Assembly (NCBI RefSeq): GCF_028858705.1
Contig: NC_072852.1
Span: forward strand, 200,388,471 to 200,452,470
Direction: 5' to 3'
DNA: 64,000 nt
Source: Grus americana
Taxonomy: Eukaryota
In this document: piece by piece, positions 37,361 to 50,792 of the stretch
Position numbering within the stretch: the stretch's first letter is position 1
How the letters are laid out: every line of letters begins with the position of its first letter
Notes under the pieces: model-generated
Databases searched by the model: none
What the model saw: only the letters and a program-made list of their open reading frames with translations
Told to the model about the DNA's origin: nothing
Program-made: the position numbers and the translations under genes

Positions 37361-37995
37361 CACAGAATCATAAAATTGTTTTGGTTGGAAAAGACCTTTA
37401 AAATCATCAAGTCCAACCATTAACCTAACACTGCCAGTCCAAGCACTAAACCATGTCTCTAAGCACCACATCTAAATACCTCCAGGGATGGTGACTCAAC
37501 CCCTTCCCTGGGCACCCTGGTCCAGTGCTTGACAACCCTTTTGGTGAAGAAATTTTTCCTAACATCCTAATCCTCCCCTGGTGCAACTTTAGCCCATTTC
37601 CTCTTGTCCAATCAGTTGTTACTTGGGAGGAGACCAACATCCACCTCACTACAACATCCTTTCAGGTAGTTGTAGAGAGCAATAAAGTCTCCCTTCAGCC
37701 TCCTTTTCTACAGAAGAAACAACCCCAGTTTCCTCAGCCACTCCTCCTAAAACACGTGCTCTAGACCCTTCACCAGCTTTGTTGCTCTTCTTTGGTCATG
37801 CTCCAGCATCTCAATGTCCTTCTTGCAGTGAGGGGCTGAAAACCGAACACAGTACTTGAGGTGCGGCCTCACCAGTGCTGAGTACAAAGGGACAATCACT
37901 TCCCTAGTCCTGATGGCCACACTATTTCTGATACAAATTGCAAATCCATCAAAAAACCCAATCAATTTCGAATGAACTTCAGACTCCAAGGTTTC
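37361..37995 (-). mobile_element. CR1 LINE 3' fragment
   Basis: Minus ORF 37747..37989 reads [50 protein letters not shown]. The CR1 tail in reverse orientation is at 37361-37520. Confidence 0.8.
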
Positions 37996-38259
37996 TTCCT
38001 GGAATTCTGTATGGACTACTTCCTATCCCAACACAAGAGTAAGATTACTGAGGTTTGCTTGTCAGCAAGTCAGCTTCAACAGAGCACTGTGCTCTCCTGC
38101 TTATAGTGTTTTATACTAGTTTAGAGATGGCCCGGGTATCCCTCAACAGCATTAAACATGGAAGAGTAATCATATCCCAAATGTGATTCCAAATGACCTA
38201 AAGTAGGGTTAAACTATTCACCAGCCTCTTACCTTTTTGCAGACATCCATCTGCACAAA

Positions 38260-39225
38260 TGTGAATTTCAGTGAGAAAGGATGACAAATGAGCTCTGGAA
38301 CACTAGAGACCTATGCGCACTGGAGATCAAAGCAAGCCAAAACCCCCCAAAGCCCCCATAAAACACCCCCCTTGCCCCTCGCTCAAATGGAAACATCATT
38401 TCAACTAAAATACATGGTGCACTGGGTGTAAATGGCAAGGTGCTGGTAGCTGGGGCAAGGGGCTGCAGGGATGATCTCTCAGAGAAGAGGCCAGGTGCTT
38501 CCTGATAGTTGACAGAGCTTGTTTCAGACATCTCTGCAACAGAGCCTCCACAGGACATGGCCGAGCCCCTCAGTGAAGCTGGTGGCACCTCTAATTTAAT
38601 GAGGGGCAGAAAACGCCAGGGAGAGAGAGGAGGCAACAGAAGAGAAGTAACATAGGGAACACTGAAGTCAGAAGAGCAGAAGGTATTTTGTGGGGCAAGA
38701 GGCATGCTCCTGAAGGGACTGAGGCCTTTGGTGGGGGCACACTGGAGCACAGGAAGAAAAGAGCAAGAAGAAAGAAGCAGCAGGGAGAAATTGCTGTCCC
38801 CTGATCTCAATCCCCTGCACTGCTCACTGCTCCTCTGAAGGGGCTGAGTGTAACCAGAGTGTAGGAGGGGGAGGAGCCGTGCTTGGAGTGAAGCTGAGCC
38901 TGGGAAAGGGAAGGATAGGTGCTATAAACGTCTTTCTGTTCCAATGTCTGAATCAGTAATTAAAAGTTTATGATAATTAGTAATTAAGTTAAATTAAGTC
39001 TGTTTTGCCCATGACAGTACTTGATAAGCAATTTTCCTGTCTCTATTTTGACCCATGAGTTTTCTTACTCCTGTTTCTTCTATTTTCTTCCCAGTCCAGC
39101 TATAGAAGGGGGAGTGAGTGAGCAAACAAAAAATCCACATTAGTAATGTTATCAGTGTTACACAGCAACTTATATTACAGTAGCATTCACTTGTTTGCAG
39201 GCCACAAACAGGCATCTAAGTATAG
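38260..39225 (-). mobile_element. ERV/LTR-like repeat, related to 51130..52905
   Basis: The shared 3' block gtctgttttgc(c/t)catgacagta...ttgacccatgag.../...ctcgacccacaag...ttcttccc...gaagggggagtga is in the same orientation as at 52740-52860. GC-rich, with long spurious ORFs (180 aa minus). Confidence 0.45.
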
Positions 39226-39332
39226 CTGCAACACAACAAATTATCCTACTGACACTGACAAAACAATTTGGCTGTTCAGGTTTAAATAAAGCTGCTTAAG
39301 TTTCCAAAAATCTTATTAAAAATTGTGACTAG

Positions 39333-41032
39333 TATAGAATCATAGAATGGTTTGGGTTGGAAGGGACCTCAAAGATCATCTAGTTCCAACCCCCCTGCCA
39401 TGGGCAGGGACACCCTCCACTAGACCATGTTGCCCAAAGCCCCATCCGACCTGGCCTTGAACACTTCCAGGGATGGGGCCTCCACAACCTCGCTGGGCAA
39501 CCTGTTCCAGTACCTCACCACCCTCACAGGGAAGAATTTCTTTCTAACATCTAATCTAAATCGACCTTCCTTCAGCTTAAACCCATTACCCCTTGTCCTG
39601 TCACTACACTCCCTGATAAACAGTCCCTCACCACTTTTCCTGTAGGCCTCCTTCAGAAACTGGTAAGCTGCAATTAGATCTCCCTGGAGCCGCCTTTTCT
39701 CCAGGCTGAACAAGCCCAACTCTCTCAGCCTGTCCTCACAGGAGAGGTGCTCCAGCCCTCTGATCAGCTTCGTGGCCCTCCTCTGGACTCTCTCCAACAG
39801 CTCCATGTCTCTCCTGTACTGGGGCCCCCAGAGCTGGACGCAGTACTCCAGGTGGGGTCTCACGAGAGCAGAGTAGAGGGGCAGGATCACCTCCCTCAAC
39901 CTGCTGGTCACACCTCTTTTGATGCAGCCCAGGACACGGCTGGCTTTCTGGACTGCGAGCGCACACTGCAGGCTCATGTTGAGCTTCTCATCAATCAATA
40001 CCCCCAAGTCCTTCTCCTCAGGGCTGCTTTCAATCCATTCCTTGCCCAGCCTGTAGTTGTGCTTGGGATTGCGCCGACCCACGTGCAGGACCTTGCACTT
40101 GGCCTTGTTGAACTTCATGTGGTTTGCACAGGCCCACCTCTCCAGCCTGTCAAGGTCCCTCTGGGTGGCATCCCTTCCCTCCAGCATGTCGATCACACGA
40201 CACAGCTTGGTGTCGTCGGCAAACTTGCTGAGGGTGTACTCGATCCCATTGTCCCTGTTGCCAACAAAGATGTTGAACAGTGCCGGTCCCAGTACCGACC
40301 CTTGAGGAACGCCACTCATCACTGTTCTCCACTTGGACATTGAGCTGTTGACCACAACTCTTTGAGTGCGACCATCCAGCCAATTCCTTATCCACGGAGT
40401 GGTCTATCCATGCAATCCATGTCTCTCCAATTTAGAGACAAGGATGCCATGTGGGACAGTGTCAAATGCCTTGCATAAGTCCAGGTAGATGACATCAATT
40501 GCCCTTCCCTTATCCACCAACGCTGTAACCCCATCATAGAAGGCCACCAAGTCTGTCAGGCATGATTCGCCCTTAGTGAAGCCCTGTTGGCTGTCACCAA
40601 TCACCTCCTTGTCTTCCATGTGCCTGAGCATAGTCTCCACGAGGGTCTGCTCCATTATCTTGCCAGGCACGGAGGTGAGACTGACCGGCCTGTAGTTCCC
40701 TGGGTCTTCCTTTTTACCCTTCTTAAAAATGGGGGTTATGTTCCCCCTCTTCCAGTCGGCAGGGACTTTGCCAGACTGCCAGGACTTCTCAAATATGATG
40801 GCGAGCGGCCTGGCCACTTCATCCGCCAGTTCCCTCAAGACCCGCGGATGCAACTCATCAGGTCCCATGGACTTGCGCACCTTCAGGTTCCTTAGATATT
40901 CTCGAACCTGATCTTCTCCTACAGTGGGCAGTTCTGCATTCTCCCAGTCCCTGCCTTCTGTGACCTGGGCAGTGTGGCTCAAGCATTTGCCAGTGAAGAC
41001 TGAGGCAAAGAAGTCATTGAGTACCTCAGCCT
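39333..41032 (-). mobile_element. CR1 LINE (5'-truncated, ~1.7 kb) with long open RT segments
   Basis: Minus ORFs of 311 aa (39420..40355: ...[31 protein letters not shown]...[47 protein letters not shown]...[30 protein letters not shown]) and 192 aa (40404..40982: [73 protein letters not shown]). The 3' tail is at 39333-39420. Confidence 0.92.
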
Positions 41033-42605
41033 AGTACAAGAAAAGTGTTACTAGGGTTTAGTTATATTTCTGAGCTAAGAGATAAAAGTCCACTTATTTG
41101 CTTCCTCCTGAAAAATGCAAATTCAGGAAGTGTCTTTTGGAATTAAAACTTTCTATTTAACAATGTTTTTATTTTCATCAGTATTCAAAAACTATTAACA
41201 AAAGAATAATTATTGATTTTCATGAATACAGCCCACAGATTATCCAACAAACTAAATGCAGCAGTGTTATCTCCTTATCAGCCTCATCTCCCCCAGGAGG
41301 CCTCCCAACTCTTCTGTCACTGTCACACCTGGTTATCTGAGCATTTGTTTTCCAATAATGGACCTTCCAAAGAGATGACTTACCTTAGGTGCAGGTTAAT
41401 CACACAAAAGCAGTTATTTCTTTTTTTACAACAAGGGAGTGGAAACCTTAATGATAACGAGTTTGGGAAGATCCGGCACTCAAGCACATTACAAGTATAA
41501 TGCAAGCATTTAACCTCCAACTTTGGAATCCATTTCAATAAATTATGTTAGTGAAGATTTAGTTTGAGAATTCAGCTATGTCAAACTGCAGTTACACTTC
41601 GTAACTTATGGCTGTCGATGAATGATTTGTAATGAATTTATCACAACTGTGGTAAATTCCAGCTACTGGAAGTGATATACTAAAGCCAGTAATTTTGTTA
41701 CACAAACTCAGTATTTCTAAATACTTTAAGTTATGCACAGTGTATTTACCCAGGTATGTAGGATGCTAGGTCTTCTTTAACTAGCTGGTAGTTAATACTA
41801 AAGCTTCTTCCATGAACAGCAGACGAGTCAAAGAGTTCAATAGATAAGATGTTATTATCTAAAATTTCTGTGAATAAATAATATAAACATAATTAGTGCC
41901 AATCAGTGACAGTATAAAGACTATTTATGGTTTTGGAGACATGGCAAATGGTACTAAGAGGCAAAATTTTGTAAAAATGTGTTTGATTTATAAAATAATT
42001 GATTCTGAACATCAATAATATATAGAGGCTTAGCTTTGCACGTATCTGTAAAATTAACTTAAAATACACCCACAATTACAAAGTATTTTTGTACGAAGAA
42101 ACCAACTGCTACATTTCATTTCTTAAATGAGTTTCAAACCACCATTCCACTGGTGTTGAAAAATAACCAGCTGTGTATTAACAACAAATGGTATTGAGAA
42201 AAATCCTACTAAGGCATATATGTCTTATCTGAAATTCCTTTTTTTTTTTTTCCAAATTTTTTAGAGCAGCAGCGATCACACTCCCAGTTACTAATAAAAT
42301 CAGAAAGAGTCAAGGATAGCTAGCACTTTTGGAAACAAGCCCATCTTAATAAACCAGTATATTTATATCACTTAATGCTGGTGTGGTCTGTAAGAGAAGA
42401 CATAGACAGAGCTTTTGTCAGAAGTTATATCTATTATGTCTCCTCCAATTAGTTCATGTTTAGATATTCTTACTCCAGGCTACCTGTTGCAAGTATGAAC
42501 ATAAGCATTTCAAATAAATACTATTTAAAATATGAAAGTGCATGTTTCTACACAAGTTAATTTCATAATATTTAAATATAAATTAATACATTTTTGGTAA
42601 CTTAC

Positions 42606-42726
42606 CAACAACTGAACACAGCATAATTTTATCTTCAGTCATTTCTTCAAATCTTTCCTTGGCTTCTCTGTTCCACTCCTTTGCCCCTTTAAAAGGCTCA
42701 ATGCAAGCCAGCCTGCACCTGATTGC
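42606..42726 (-). CDS. RNF17: RNF17-like Tudor-2 C-terminal exon (AIRCRLACIEPFKGAKEWNREAKERFEEMTEDKIMLCSVV-)
   Basis: Matches Tudor C-terminal consensus (Ai.C.La.i.P....W...A...F). Acceptor gagttattctttag|GCA and donor GTTG|GTAAGT on the minus strand. Confidence 0.72.
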
Positions 42727-45000
42727 CTAAAGAATAACTCAAAATATGTATCTACCATCACATTACAGCCAAATCATAGCCTTTGCTTTGCACTCATGCA
42801 GGACAGCAAGACAGCATGACCTTGGCTTCTCATTCCACATTACCATTATTTAAGATGATCCCCCCCCCACCCCGCTGGCAGCTGGGCATGAACCTCAAAT
42901 TCAGATACATTCTTGCTGAAATAGCAAGAGCTTACTTCTCCTTGACTCCCTTTACGGTTAGGCATAGAATTGGCTGCAGAGATCAGTAAAGACTACTGCA
43001 GACAGGTGATAAAGCAAGCCTTTATCCTGTTTTGCTTATGATGTAATTACCCAGATTCAAAGCATCGAAGATTAACACGACTATACCACTGTAGAAGTCT
43101 GAAGGACTAAACACAGTAGCACCACAGTATCTATGTCAGAAAATTCCTGCCAGATTTTTGAAAGTTCTTAATTAGGAGACATTAAAAAAAGAGACACAGG
43201 AAATCAGACGAGATGAAGTACTTTGATTAAAAGAATTTTTGTTTAGCATCTTTATTGCAAACTTTGGCGGCTACACTATGGCTCAATTAAAACTGTGAAT
43301 ATTATTGTTTGCTCCTGCTTATTGCACTGAAAGAAAGCAGAGTAACACAGGTGCAGGAAAAGGGAGAGAAAGGAAATAAAGACAATAGAAATAAGAATGC
43401 TTTGTGCAGATATTCTTAGGATACCTGCAGTCAGGAATATGAAAATAAGACTGACAGGTTAAATAACCATTAAAAGAAAAGGCTGCAGATGACAAAACCA
43501 ACACTACATTAAGCACTGCTCATTCCAGTCTTAGCCAAGATTTCTGCACCACTCAAGTCCATTAAAATGCCTGCAAACTGTATTAATGGGCTGAAAAAAG
43601 TCCGACTTCTCTTGTAACAGCCTAATTAAAATCTCTTAAACAACTAATTTTTTTTGAGGCCATGCAATCTGATCAGGTGCGAAGACTTACCAATACTTGT
43701 ATGCAACAGGATAGAGCTATAGAAGCACCCTCGCTTGGATACTCTTACCTTCTGCATGCTTGATTTTGCAATCTTGTGTTCATTCATGTTTCAAAGAATT
43801 TTAAATCCTTAAAAATTTTTAATAGAAAAGATTTGAAACCATAGCAACACGTAAGCAGACTCAAGTCTGCTCATCTATTACGTGCATTAAAACTAATAGC
43901 AACTGGAACTTGTTATTTCTTACGCAAACACCCTGCCAGAGTGTTTCACCATAACCTATATAAGGCATAAGAATGCTGAAACTTGAGAGTGACGTGTTCA
44001 AGTTTTTTTAGACCATTCTCTAGTGGTCATACACCCACATGTATCTGTAAGTCCTTAGCACCTTCTCCTTCATGTTCAAAGCAAGGAGGCCTAGTAGTAT
44101 GTGCTCAAGAGCTGACAAACTCTTCACAGATTTTTCTGAGGATTTTTATTTGGTCAATAACAAGCAAGTTGGATTTTTGATGTGTGTTATCCCATCATTC
44201 CAACACCCTTATTCATTAGTCACTCTGATCTGAAGCATTAAGACACTGCAAATGCAAGAACATTTTGCCATTTTCAGATTGTTTCCTCTCCCTTGCTGTC
44301 AAAAACGGCTCAATTATTTTGGCTGAAACTCTCCCCAGAAAAATCTGCTCAAAACATAAACAACTAAATCCTATTTTCAGTAAAAGATGCTGGCCAACCT
44401 TAGTTACAACAATCACTACTTCTGGTGCCTACAACTGGTTAAAAAACCCCTATCAACATGTGAAGTTTTAAAGTTTAGCACAATTATGGTTAGCAATCAG
44501 AACTATCGAATGAACAGCTGAAGAATTATTTTCTACTTATGGGTATTTTTTATTTGACAGAAATACTTCGCCATTTCCTTTCCCGCTCAGTTTTTCTCCT
44601 TGTCAAAAGGAGGAAATGCCATAAAAACAAACAAAAACATAATTTTAAAAAAAGAGCATTATTAGATTATAATTTGAAAATGAAAGAATGTAAAAATTAA
44701 TTCAGCTTACTATGGAGTAAAATGAGGTATTTGAATTAAACACACAGACACACAATGCATATGTACCTCCTCACCACAAGGTAACATTAGATTTCATTTA
44801 AAACTGAATGATAGAAAAAATATTAAGAATTTTCAATGTGCATCCAAAACATATTTAATAAGTCACATCATAACTCCATATGAAAAAGGACTTGCTTAGC
44901 ATTTTATTTACTTCAGAATGTTAACAACCCTCTCTTTCCCCTTCCATCCACTGAGATTCTATTAATTTTGAGTATTTAATTCAGGCAAGCACTAATTTAC

Positions 45001-45116
45001 CTTTTCTGGATAGCTCAGAAACTCCTTTTTTACTCTGCGTATGTTTTTAAGAGTTAAGTTTGCAACATTGCCAAAGTCAACATATTTTACCATAACTTCT
45101 TGACGACTTGGCAGCC
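45001..45116 (-). CDS. RNF17: RNF17-like Tudor-2 exon ([39 protein letters not shown])
   Basis: Contains VKYVDFGN (Tudor V.fiDyGN). Acceptor ttgtttttcttgaag|GG and donor AAG|GTAAAT on the minus strand. Phase joins to exons 45822 and 42726. Confidence 0.78.
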
Positions 45117-45821
45117 CTTCAAGAAAAACAATCTAAGTTATTAAACCAAAAAATGAATATCTGATACAGGTTAAAGCACCAGAAACTCAGAGCAAAATTC
45201 ACATTTACCCCATATAATCATAAAATACCATGGTTTCAAATGTTCTATAGCCCAACTCAAAAACTGTCTTCTTTAAGAGCCAGGTCTTTCAGGTTCCTGA
45301 AATGACAGGGTTAGCATTTTGGCCCCCTTCCACCTAATCCACTGGCACATTAAATACATGCCAAGTAGATGACATGTAAGCACACAGGCATGCTACACTG
45401 CCCCTACAGATAACACAGAGGTCAGTACAAGTACATCCCCCACCCCCTTTGGAATTGCTATGGAGAATTATTAAGCCACACTAGTTACACTCAGAGGTTG
45501 GCTATAATAGACAAATCTGTAGTTCAAACTGTAATAGTAAGTGAAACATTATTGAAAATAATTATATAATAGAATGTCAATAATATATAGAAAATTAAGT
45601 ATACTGCTTCTCTTTACTAAAAAAAAAATATGTATGAAACACTCCATTAATAGCAAAAGAATATAACATGAATTAGTACTACTGACTTTATGAACCTACC
45701 TGTTAGTATAAGAACGTCTAATCAAAATAATGGCTGTTTGTTACTGTTCATATCCAGTGTGTGACTAGTACCACATCTGACTTTAAAACCAAGCATTAGA
45801 GTAAAAGAATCAATACTTCAC

Positions 45822-45975
45822 CAATAATCTGTGCTCTGTACCAATTCCCGTCTTCATGTTTTGCAATACAGGCTTGGCCTTCAACTGGGCAGACAATTTC
45901 CAAGTTTTTCCCATGCTCATGTTTATACACCTCCTGAATTTTCTTTGAAAGAGCTAAAGAATCCAGGCTATCTCT
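45822..45975 (-). CDS. RNF17: RNF17-like Tudor-2 core exon ([51 protein letters not shown]-)
   Basis: Tudor core [18 protein letters not shown]. Acceptor ggttttttattttag|AGA and donor ATTG|GTGAAG on the minus strand. Confidence 0.78.
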
Positions 45976-46418
45976 CTAAAATAAAAAACCAAAACATAAA
46001 TACGCATCAGATTTTTTTTTTTAAATAGTATTTTTGCTCTTTTAAGGGATATTTTTTCTAGTAGTGTACTTCCTAGTCTACCCCCACAAATTAAACGGTG
46101 GTTATGAATTAATGAGTTGTTGAATATTGCCCTGTTCAACCATCATTCTAAACAGTAAAACACTACCTACCAACATAGGAATTAACCATGCAACAAAACT
46201 GACTAAAAACTGTTAACCTTCTGCAATTCTAAGAATTCCTGGAATTAATTTAGGATTGTAGGAATTAATCTCATCTATTAATTCTAGGAATCCTCAAACT
46301 GGTAACAAGTGAGAGAAGTTAATAGAAATTGTAGCTTATTTAATGTCAACTACAAGTAGCTCAACATTAAAATGTCTGTTCAGAGTTTTATTGAAATAGA
46401 CCTTATTTCTAAACTTAC

Positions 46419-46554
46419 CAACTGCAGATAGAAATCACTTGGACTATTAATGTGACAAACTATGACAGAGACTTCTCTTTCTTGTGGAATCTTAGGTGGC
46501 GTATACTGCAAGATGGTATTATTTTCCAACTGCCTGGGAAGCTGTGATCTAAAC
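46419..46554 (-). CDS. RNF17: RNF17-like Tudor-2 N-terminal exon ([46 protein letters not shown])
   Basis: Ends [18 protein letters not shown]. Acceptor ttgtttacttcag|G and consensus donor TTG|GTAAGT on the minus strand. The first base completes the Arg codon from exon 47359. Confidence 0.72.
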
Positions 46555-47358
46555 CTGAAGTAAACAAAATGAAATTTTGAATAAATTCTGTCAAAATTAA
46601 CTGAGAAAGAACTCTTCTATATTCAAACATCAAGCTTCTCATAAAAAACCCCAGAAAATGGTCTTATAAAAATAACTTTTTTCATGTTTGTGTGAATAGC
46701 TTGAACTTTCCTTCTTGCAGCTGGTGCAGTCAATTCTTTCTACTCACATGAAGTTTTCTCCATGTGCAGCAAAATGAACTACAATTTCCTACAGATTTGC
46801 ATGCTGTACCCAAACACCAAAACGCTCACATTGTTCTCTGTCTCCTGCCTCTTCCACTGGTCCCTCCAAAGCAGATCTCCTCTGTCCTAATGCCAACATC
46901 AAGCTCTCCCTCACGCCCTATCGTCGTTTCTCCTATTCATCACACCAGAAGCATCACATCACGAGACTGGTTCAGACATGCTGAGTAGCCTGTCACTGCC
47001 TACCAGCCAAATCAAAGATACAAGGCTGATTTTTGTACGTTTTTCTGTCCATGGGAGACACTAAGGGCTTCTCCTTTCACTCCCTTGTTATTCAGACTTG
47101 TACAGAGATGTAAATGTTGTCATTTTCTAAAAAAAAGTTCATTATCTAAATAAAGCCCTGAGTGGTGCAAATGAGTATGCCACAGTGCTTATTAGTGAGG
47201 GTGAAAAAAGGAAATCAATAGATATTGCTGAAGATCAATACATCACACATTAATATATCAAACACTGCAAAACCAACTTGCTTGGTAAACTTCACTTTGT
47301 AAGTATTATGCTGTTATCATTTGTGGTGTAAGAGCATAAAATAAAGGAAAACACATAC

Positions 47359-47549
47359 CTTGCCAAGTCTAAAAAAACTAATGCATCTTTGAGAGACACT
47401 GGCATGTTATTACTTATTTTATTAAACGGAGGTTTTTTTAAATCCACAATGAGAACACCATCCTCTTCTCTAAATATGGTCATTAAAACCATTTTATTAT
47501 TTACCATTCCTAAAAATTTTGTCTTTGCTTCCTCTCCCCAACCTTCACT
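47359..47549 (-). CDS. RNF17: RNF17-like Tudor-1 C-terminal tail exon ([64 protein letters not shown])
   Basis: Acceptor after a strong pyrimidine tract (tttttccttcttcctgacacag|AGT). Consensus donor CAAG|GTATGT. Contains W...A...F typical of the extended Tudor tail. Confidence 0.62.
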
Positions 47550-48137
47550 CTGTGTCAGGAAGAAGGAAAAAGTTACTGAAGATGTCAGAGAATGTTAAAA
47601 CAAAAAATACAAATAGTAATGAAAATAAAATACAGTAGAAGCAAGGAAGGGAGCAGAGACACATCTGAACAGATGAAATACTGAACACACTTTTAGACTG
47701 TCTAGTTCATAGTCAGGACAGGACTAAACGGTATTCTATGACAGATTTGTAAGTGTTTTAACTGTATAAAACTGAGTCAGATCAAAAGGCTGCAGTTTCC
47801 ACCATGTGTCTTTTAAAGATTCAAGATTGTTCTGATAGATAAACCAGAATTGTCACAGCCTGTTTCATCTCATGACTTGCATTTCTGCTCTCCCAATTCA
47901 ATTGAAAGTTTATTCTTATCTTTTTGTGTCTTTATACAAGCGTACAAGATAGTTTGGTCAATTTACACAGTTGTCCTTTCCACAACATCCTTAGTGATGC
48001 TTTATCTACCTTGAAAAAGCCTGAGTTTGTTTCTCTTGGATCAAGTTAATGCATTTCTCATTTCATACCGCAAATCTGTGCTTTTTAGGTGTGAAAAAAA
48101 AATGAAAGCACATATAAGGAAAGCATTTTACCCTCAC

Positions 48138-48221
48138 CTGTGAAAACTGTTCCAGATCTTTCCTACTTAAAGCTATTTCAGTCATCAGACTGGTAAACAA
48201 CAAAGCTAACCAGCAGTTATA
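48138..48221 (-). CDS. RNF17: RNF17-like small exon (YNCWLALLFTSLMTEIALSRKDLEQFSQ)
   Basis: 28 codons in open frame between acceptor tgcatttttttacag|TAT and donor CACAG|GTGAGG on the minus strand. Phase 0 to 0 is compatible with neighbours. No recognisable motif. Confidence 0.42.
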
Positions 48222-48897
48222 CTGTAAAAAAATGCACAGCTGTATCGGACATAGTTCATTCCCACGTGAATGTGGCAAAAATAAAGCAAGCCTAATAAAG
48301 AAGTGAATATTGAAGAAAATAATGCTGCAATGCATATCCTTTTTCTAAGGGAATAAAGGCTGACAGTACTTTATTTGTTGTTATACTAAAAGAGAACAAA
48401 TAACACTTCTCAATATGTGGCAAAAAAAAATTAAGTAACAAAGGACAATCCCTGAAAAGATTCTCTTAAAAATTCTGAAGCCATTTCCTCTCTGTTTGGA
48501 TTATTTTTGAAAGTTACCACTTGCATAAAGGTATGACAGTCATGAAATAAAAATATAAGTTCTGCAATTTGTTTCTAAATTTGACAGAAGAACATGTCTA
48601 GAGTAAGAGTAGTGAGATTTAAGCCTGAAATATGTATTAGTAAACCCAGACGCTTTTTAAGACAGACTGCTATAAGCTCTTGTTTCCTTCCCAATGAAAG
48701 CAATGTGACCCATCTTTTTACAATAGATGATTTAGCTTCTTTTTTTTTTTAATAAAATAAAATACACTCTGTACTCCTCTCAAATTTCCTTCTGTTTATA
48801 CTGGAATGAGATCGTTGTAAATTATGTATTTAAGTTAATATAAATTTTAGAAATAAAAAAAAAATCTCCTAAAATAGTACAAACAGCTTTTACGTAC

Positions 48898-49066
48898 CAC
48901 ATTTTTGGGAACAACATCCTTCAATGAACACCGTACTGCTAAAGGAGGAATGGCTGCAAGTTCTGCCTCAATATGCTGATTAGGCTTCCTTACAAACAAA
49001 CAAACATCATCTGTTTCAATAGTTTGCACAACAGCAGGTTCAGGCCTTTCAGCGGGAACATATCTA
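48898..49066 (-). CDS. RNF17: RNF17-like Tudor-1 C-terminal exon (S-RYVPAERPEPAVVQTIETDDVCLFVRKPNQHIEAELAAIPPLAVRCSLKDVVPKNV)
   Basis: Contains lP.lAvrCsLkdvvP. Acceptor cttttattctcattggcag|T and donor GTG|GTACGT on the minus strand. The first base completes the codon from exon 49505. Confidence 0.72.
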
Positions 49067-49504
49067 CTGCCAATGAGAATAAAAGCAGTACTAGCTTTAA
49101 AGAAGAAGAAAAAAACCCAACCCCAACACCAAAAAAACCACCCCAAGCCAAACCCAGGACTTAAAAAAAAACCCCCAGTCATTATTGCAATAATTGGAAA
49201 ATGATAAAGTCTCAATGAAATGCATTTTTTTTTTTTAAATACTGAGGACTCACATGTTCTCTTTTGCAATGCAAGTCTAAGTTAAACATTTTAATGCGTG
49301 AAGGCTTATACACTTGTGTACTTACATACACTGCCACTTTTCCTGTGGGAAACACCTACACACACAGAACATTAGTGTCATTTGGCTATCTGGTTATCTG
49401 CTTATGTGAAGCTGATGGAGGACTTGTTTCTTAGTAGAGATCCTCTTGAGTAACAACAGTCAAGGACAACAATTGCAGACAAAAACCTCTCTCTGTAAAC
49501 ATAC

Positions 49505-49694
49505 CTTGAGAAAATTAGAACTACAGTGCCACCAAAATCAATCAGGAATACTTCCAGCAGTGCAATATCACAAACTTTGTATCTTATTGGATCACAGGGC
49601 TTTCTCTCACTTTTACTTTTTAGGGGAATTAGTTCAGTGATAGTTCCACGGCACCACATTCCAGTTTCCTTACTCTTAATAAAAATTCTAGCAC
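49505..49694 (-). CDS. RNF17: RNF17-like Tudor-1 core exon (G-ARIFIKSKETGMWCRGTITELIPLKSKSERKPCDPIRYKVCDIALLEVFLIDFGGTVVLIFS-)
   Basis: Tudor core GMWCRGTI ... VFLIDFGG. Acceptor tttgcttccatatag|GT and donor TCAAG|GTATGT on the minus strand. Confidence 0.78.
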
Positions 49695-50630
49695 CTATAT
49701 GGAAGCAAACAAAAAAAAAGAAAAAAGAAAAAAAGACTAAATTCAGTATTTGCAGATATTTCACGCTGGAAGTACTATTACAGTTCTGCATAATGTTCCA
49801 TTGCTGCCTATCTTCCACACAGGTAGTAAGAGTGCTACCGCTAAAAGAAAGACACAAAGACATGAAAAACCTTGTCTCGATAACCACCAGAAGTTTTCTC
49901 CCCACATTCATTTACACCATGTCTGTAAGGCTAGGAGGTCTTTGGCTTGTATTAAGAGGTAATTTCTGGCAAACTCTCTATACCTCTTAGTAAATTGCCA
50001 AAAAAACATAGAAGTTGAGGGCTACTACATACTTTTTATCAGTTTTCTAAACATCTTCTAGAAGCGAGTAACATTGTCAACATGTGGGCTGGAAAATAAT
50101 TTTAATGATTTAGAAATGCATTATTGTATTTCTTTTTTACTTCTTGAATGGTTTCTATCCAGTTAGTGAATTTTAAAAAAAATCATCTATCCACTCAAAG
50201 TTGCTTGCATGAAAGAAAGCTGATTTACTAAGGTAATGAAAAAAACTAGGCTGGTCATTAAAATCAGTATACTGAAAAAGAACTATCAGTTAACAACAAT
50301 TACCACCCAATGCTGGAAAACATTAAGTGTACACCCAGGTGTTTTAACTGGTGGTTACTCTATGCACCTAAATTGCTGAGGTTGAGAAGAACTGCAGAGT
50401 CTTTTGTACCTCTACTGTTTTCATTTATATGATTTAATACAAGTCTACTTTACCAAACAATGTGTATAACATTTCCCTAAAAGCATTAATTGTACATTCC
50501 AGAACATATAAGGACTGCTTTACTATATAAAGGGCGGGAGGGGAGGGAAGAGGAAAAAGAATATTATACTAAGGAAGACATACCACAACATAGTATTTGA
50601 ACTAATGTAGACCTTCAGAAATTAATTTAC

Positions 50631-50792
50631 CTAGTTCCAAAACATCTGAAGGCAGGAGATACAAACTCTTATTACAGCAAAACTTTTTCAATTTCTTTTC
50701 CAAAATCCCAGCTTCTTTCTTCTGTGAGTATCTCCGAATATAGAAGTGGCATGGATTTATAACATGACTTACAAACACTAGTTCTGTCGAAC
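50631..50792 (-). CDS. RNF17: RNF17-like Tudor-1 N-terminal exon ([55 protein letters not shown])
   Basis: Motif [14 protein letters not shown]. Acceptor tgttttctgtcttactcag|GT and donor CTAG|GTAAAT on the minus strand. Phases join to exons 56452 and 49694. Confidence 0.72.

Noticed and set aside
38268-38810. 180-aa minus ORF; also 51147..51677 (176 aa, Arg-rich) and 52177..52548 ORFs
   Set aside because: They lie inside GC-rich ERV/LTR-like repeats. Low-complexity composition (RRGRRCSRRRSRD, SSPLSGTGGRG) and overlapping ORFs on both strands point to GC-bias artefacts.
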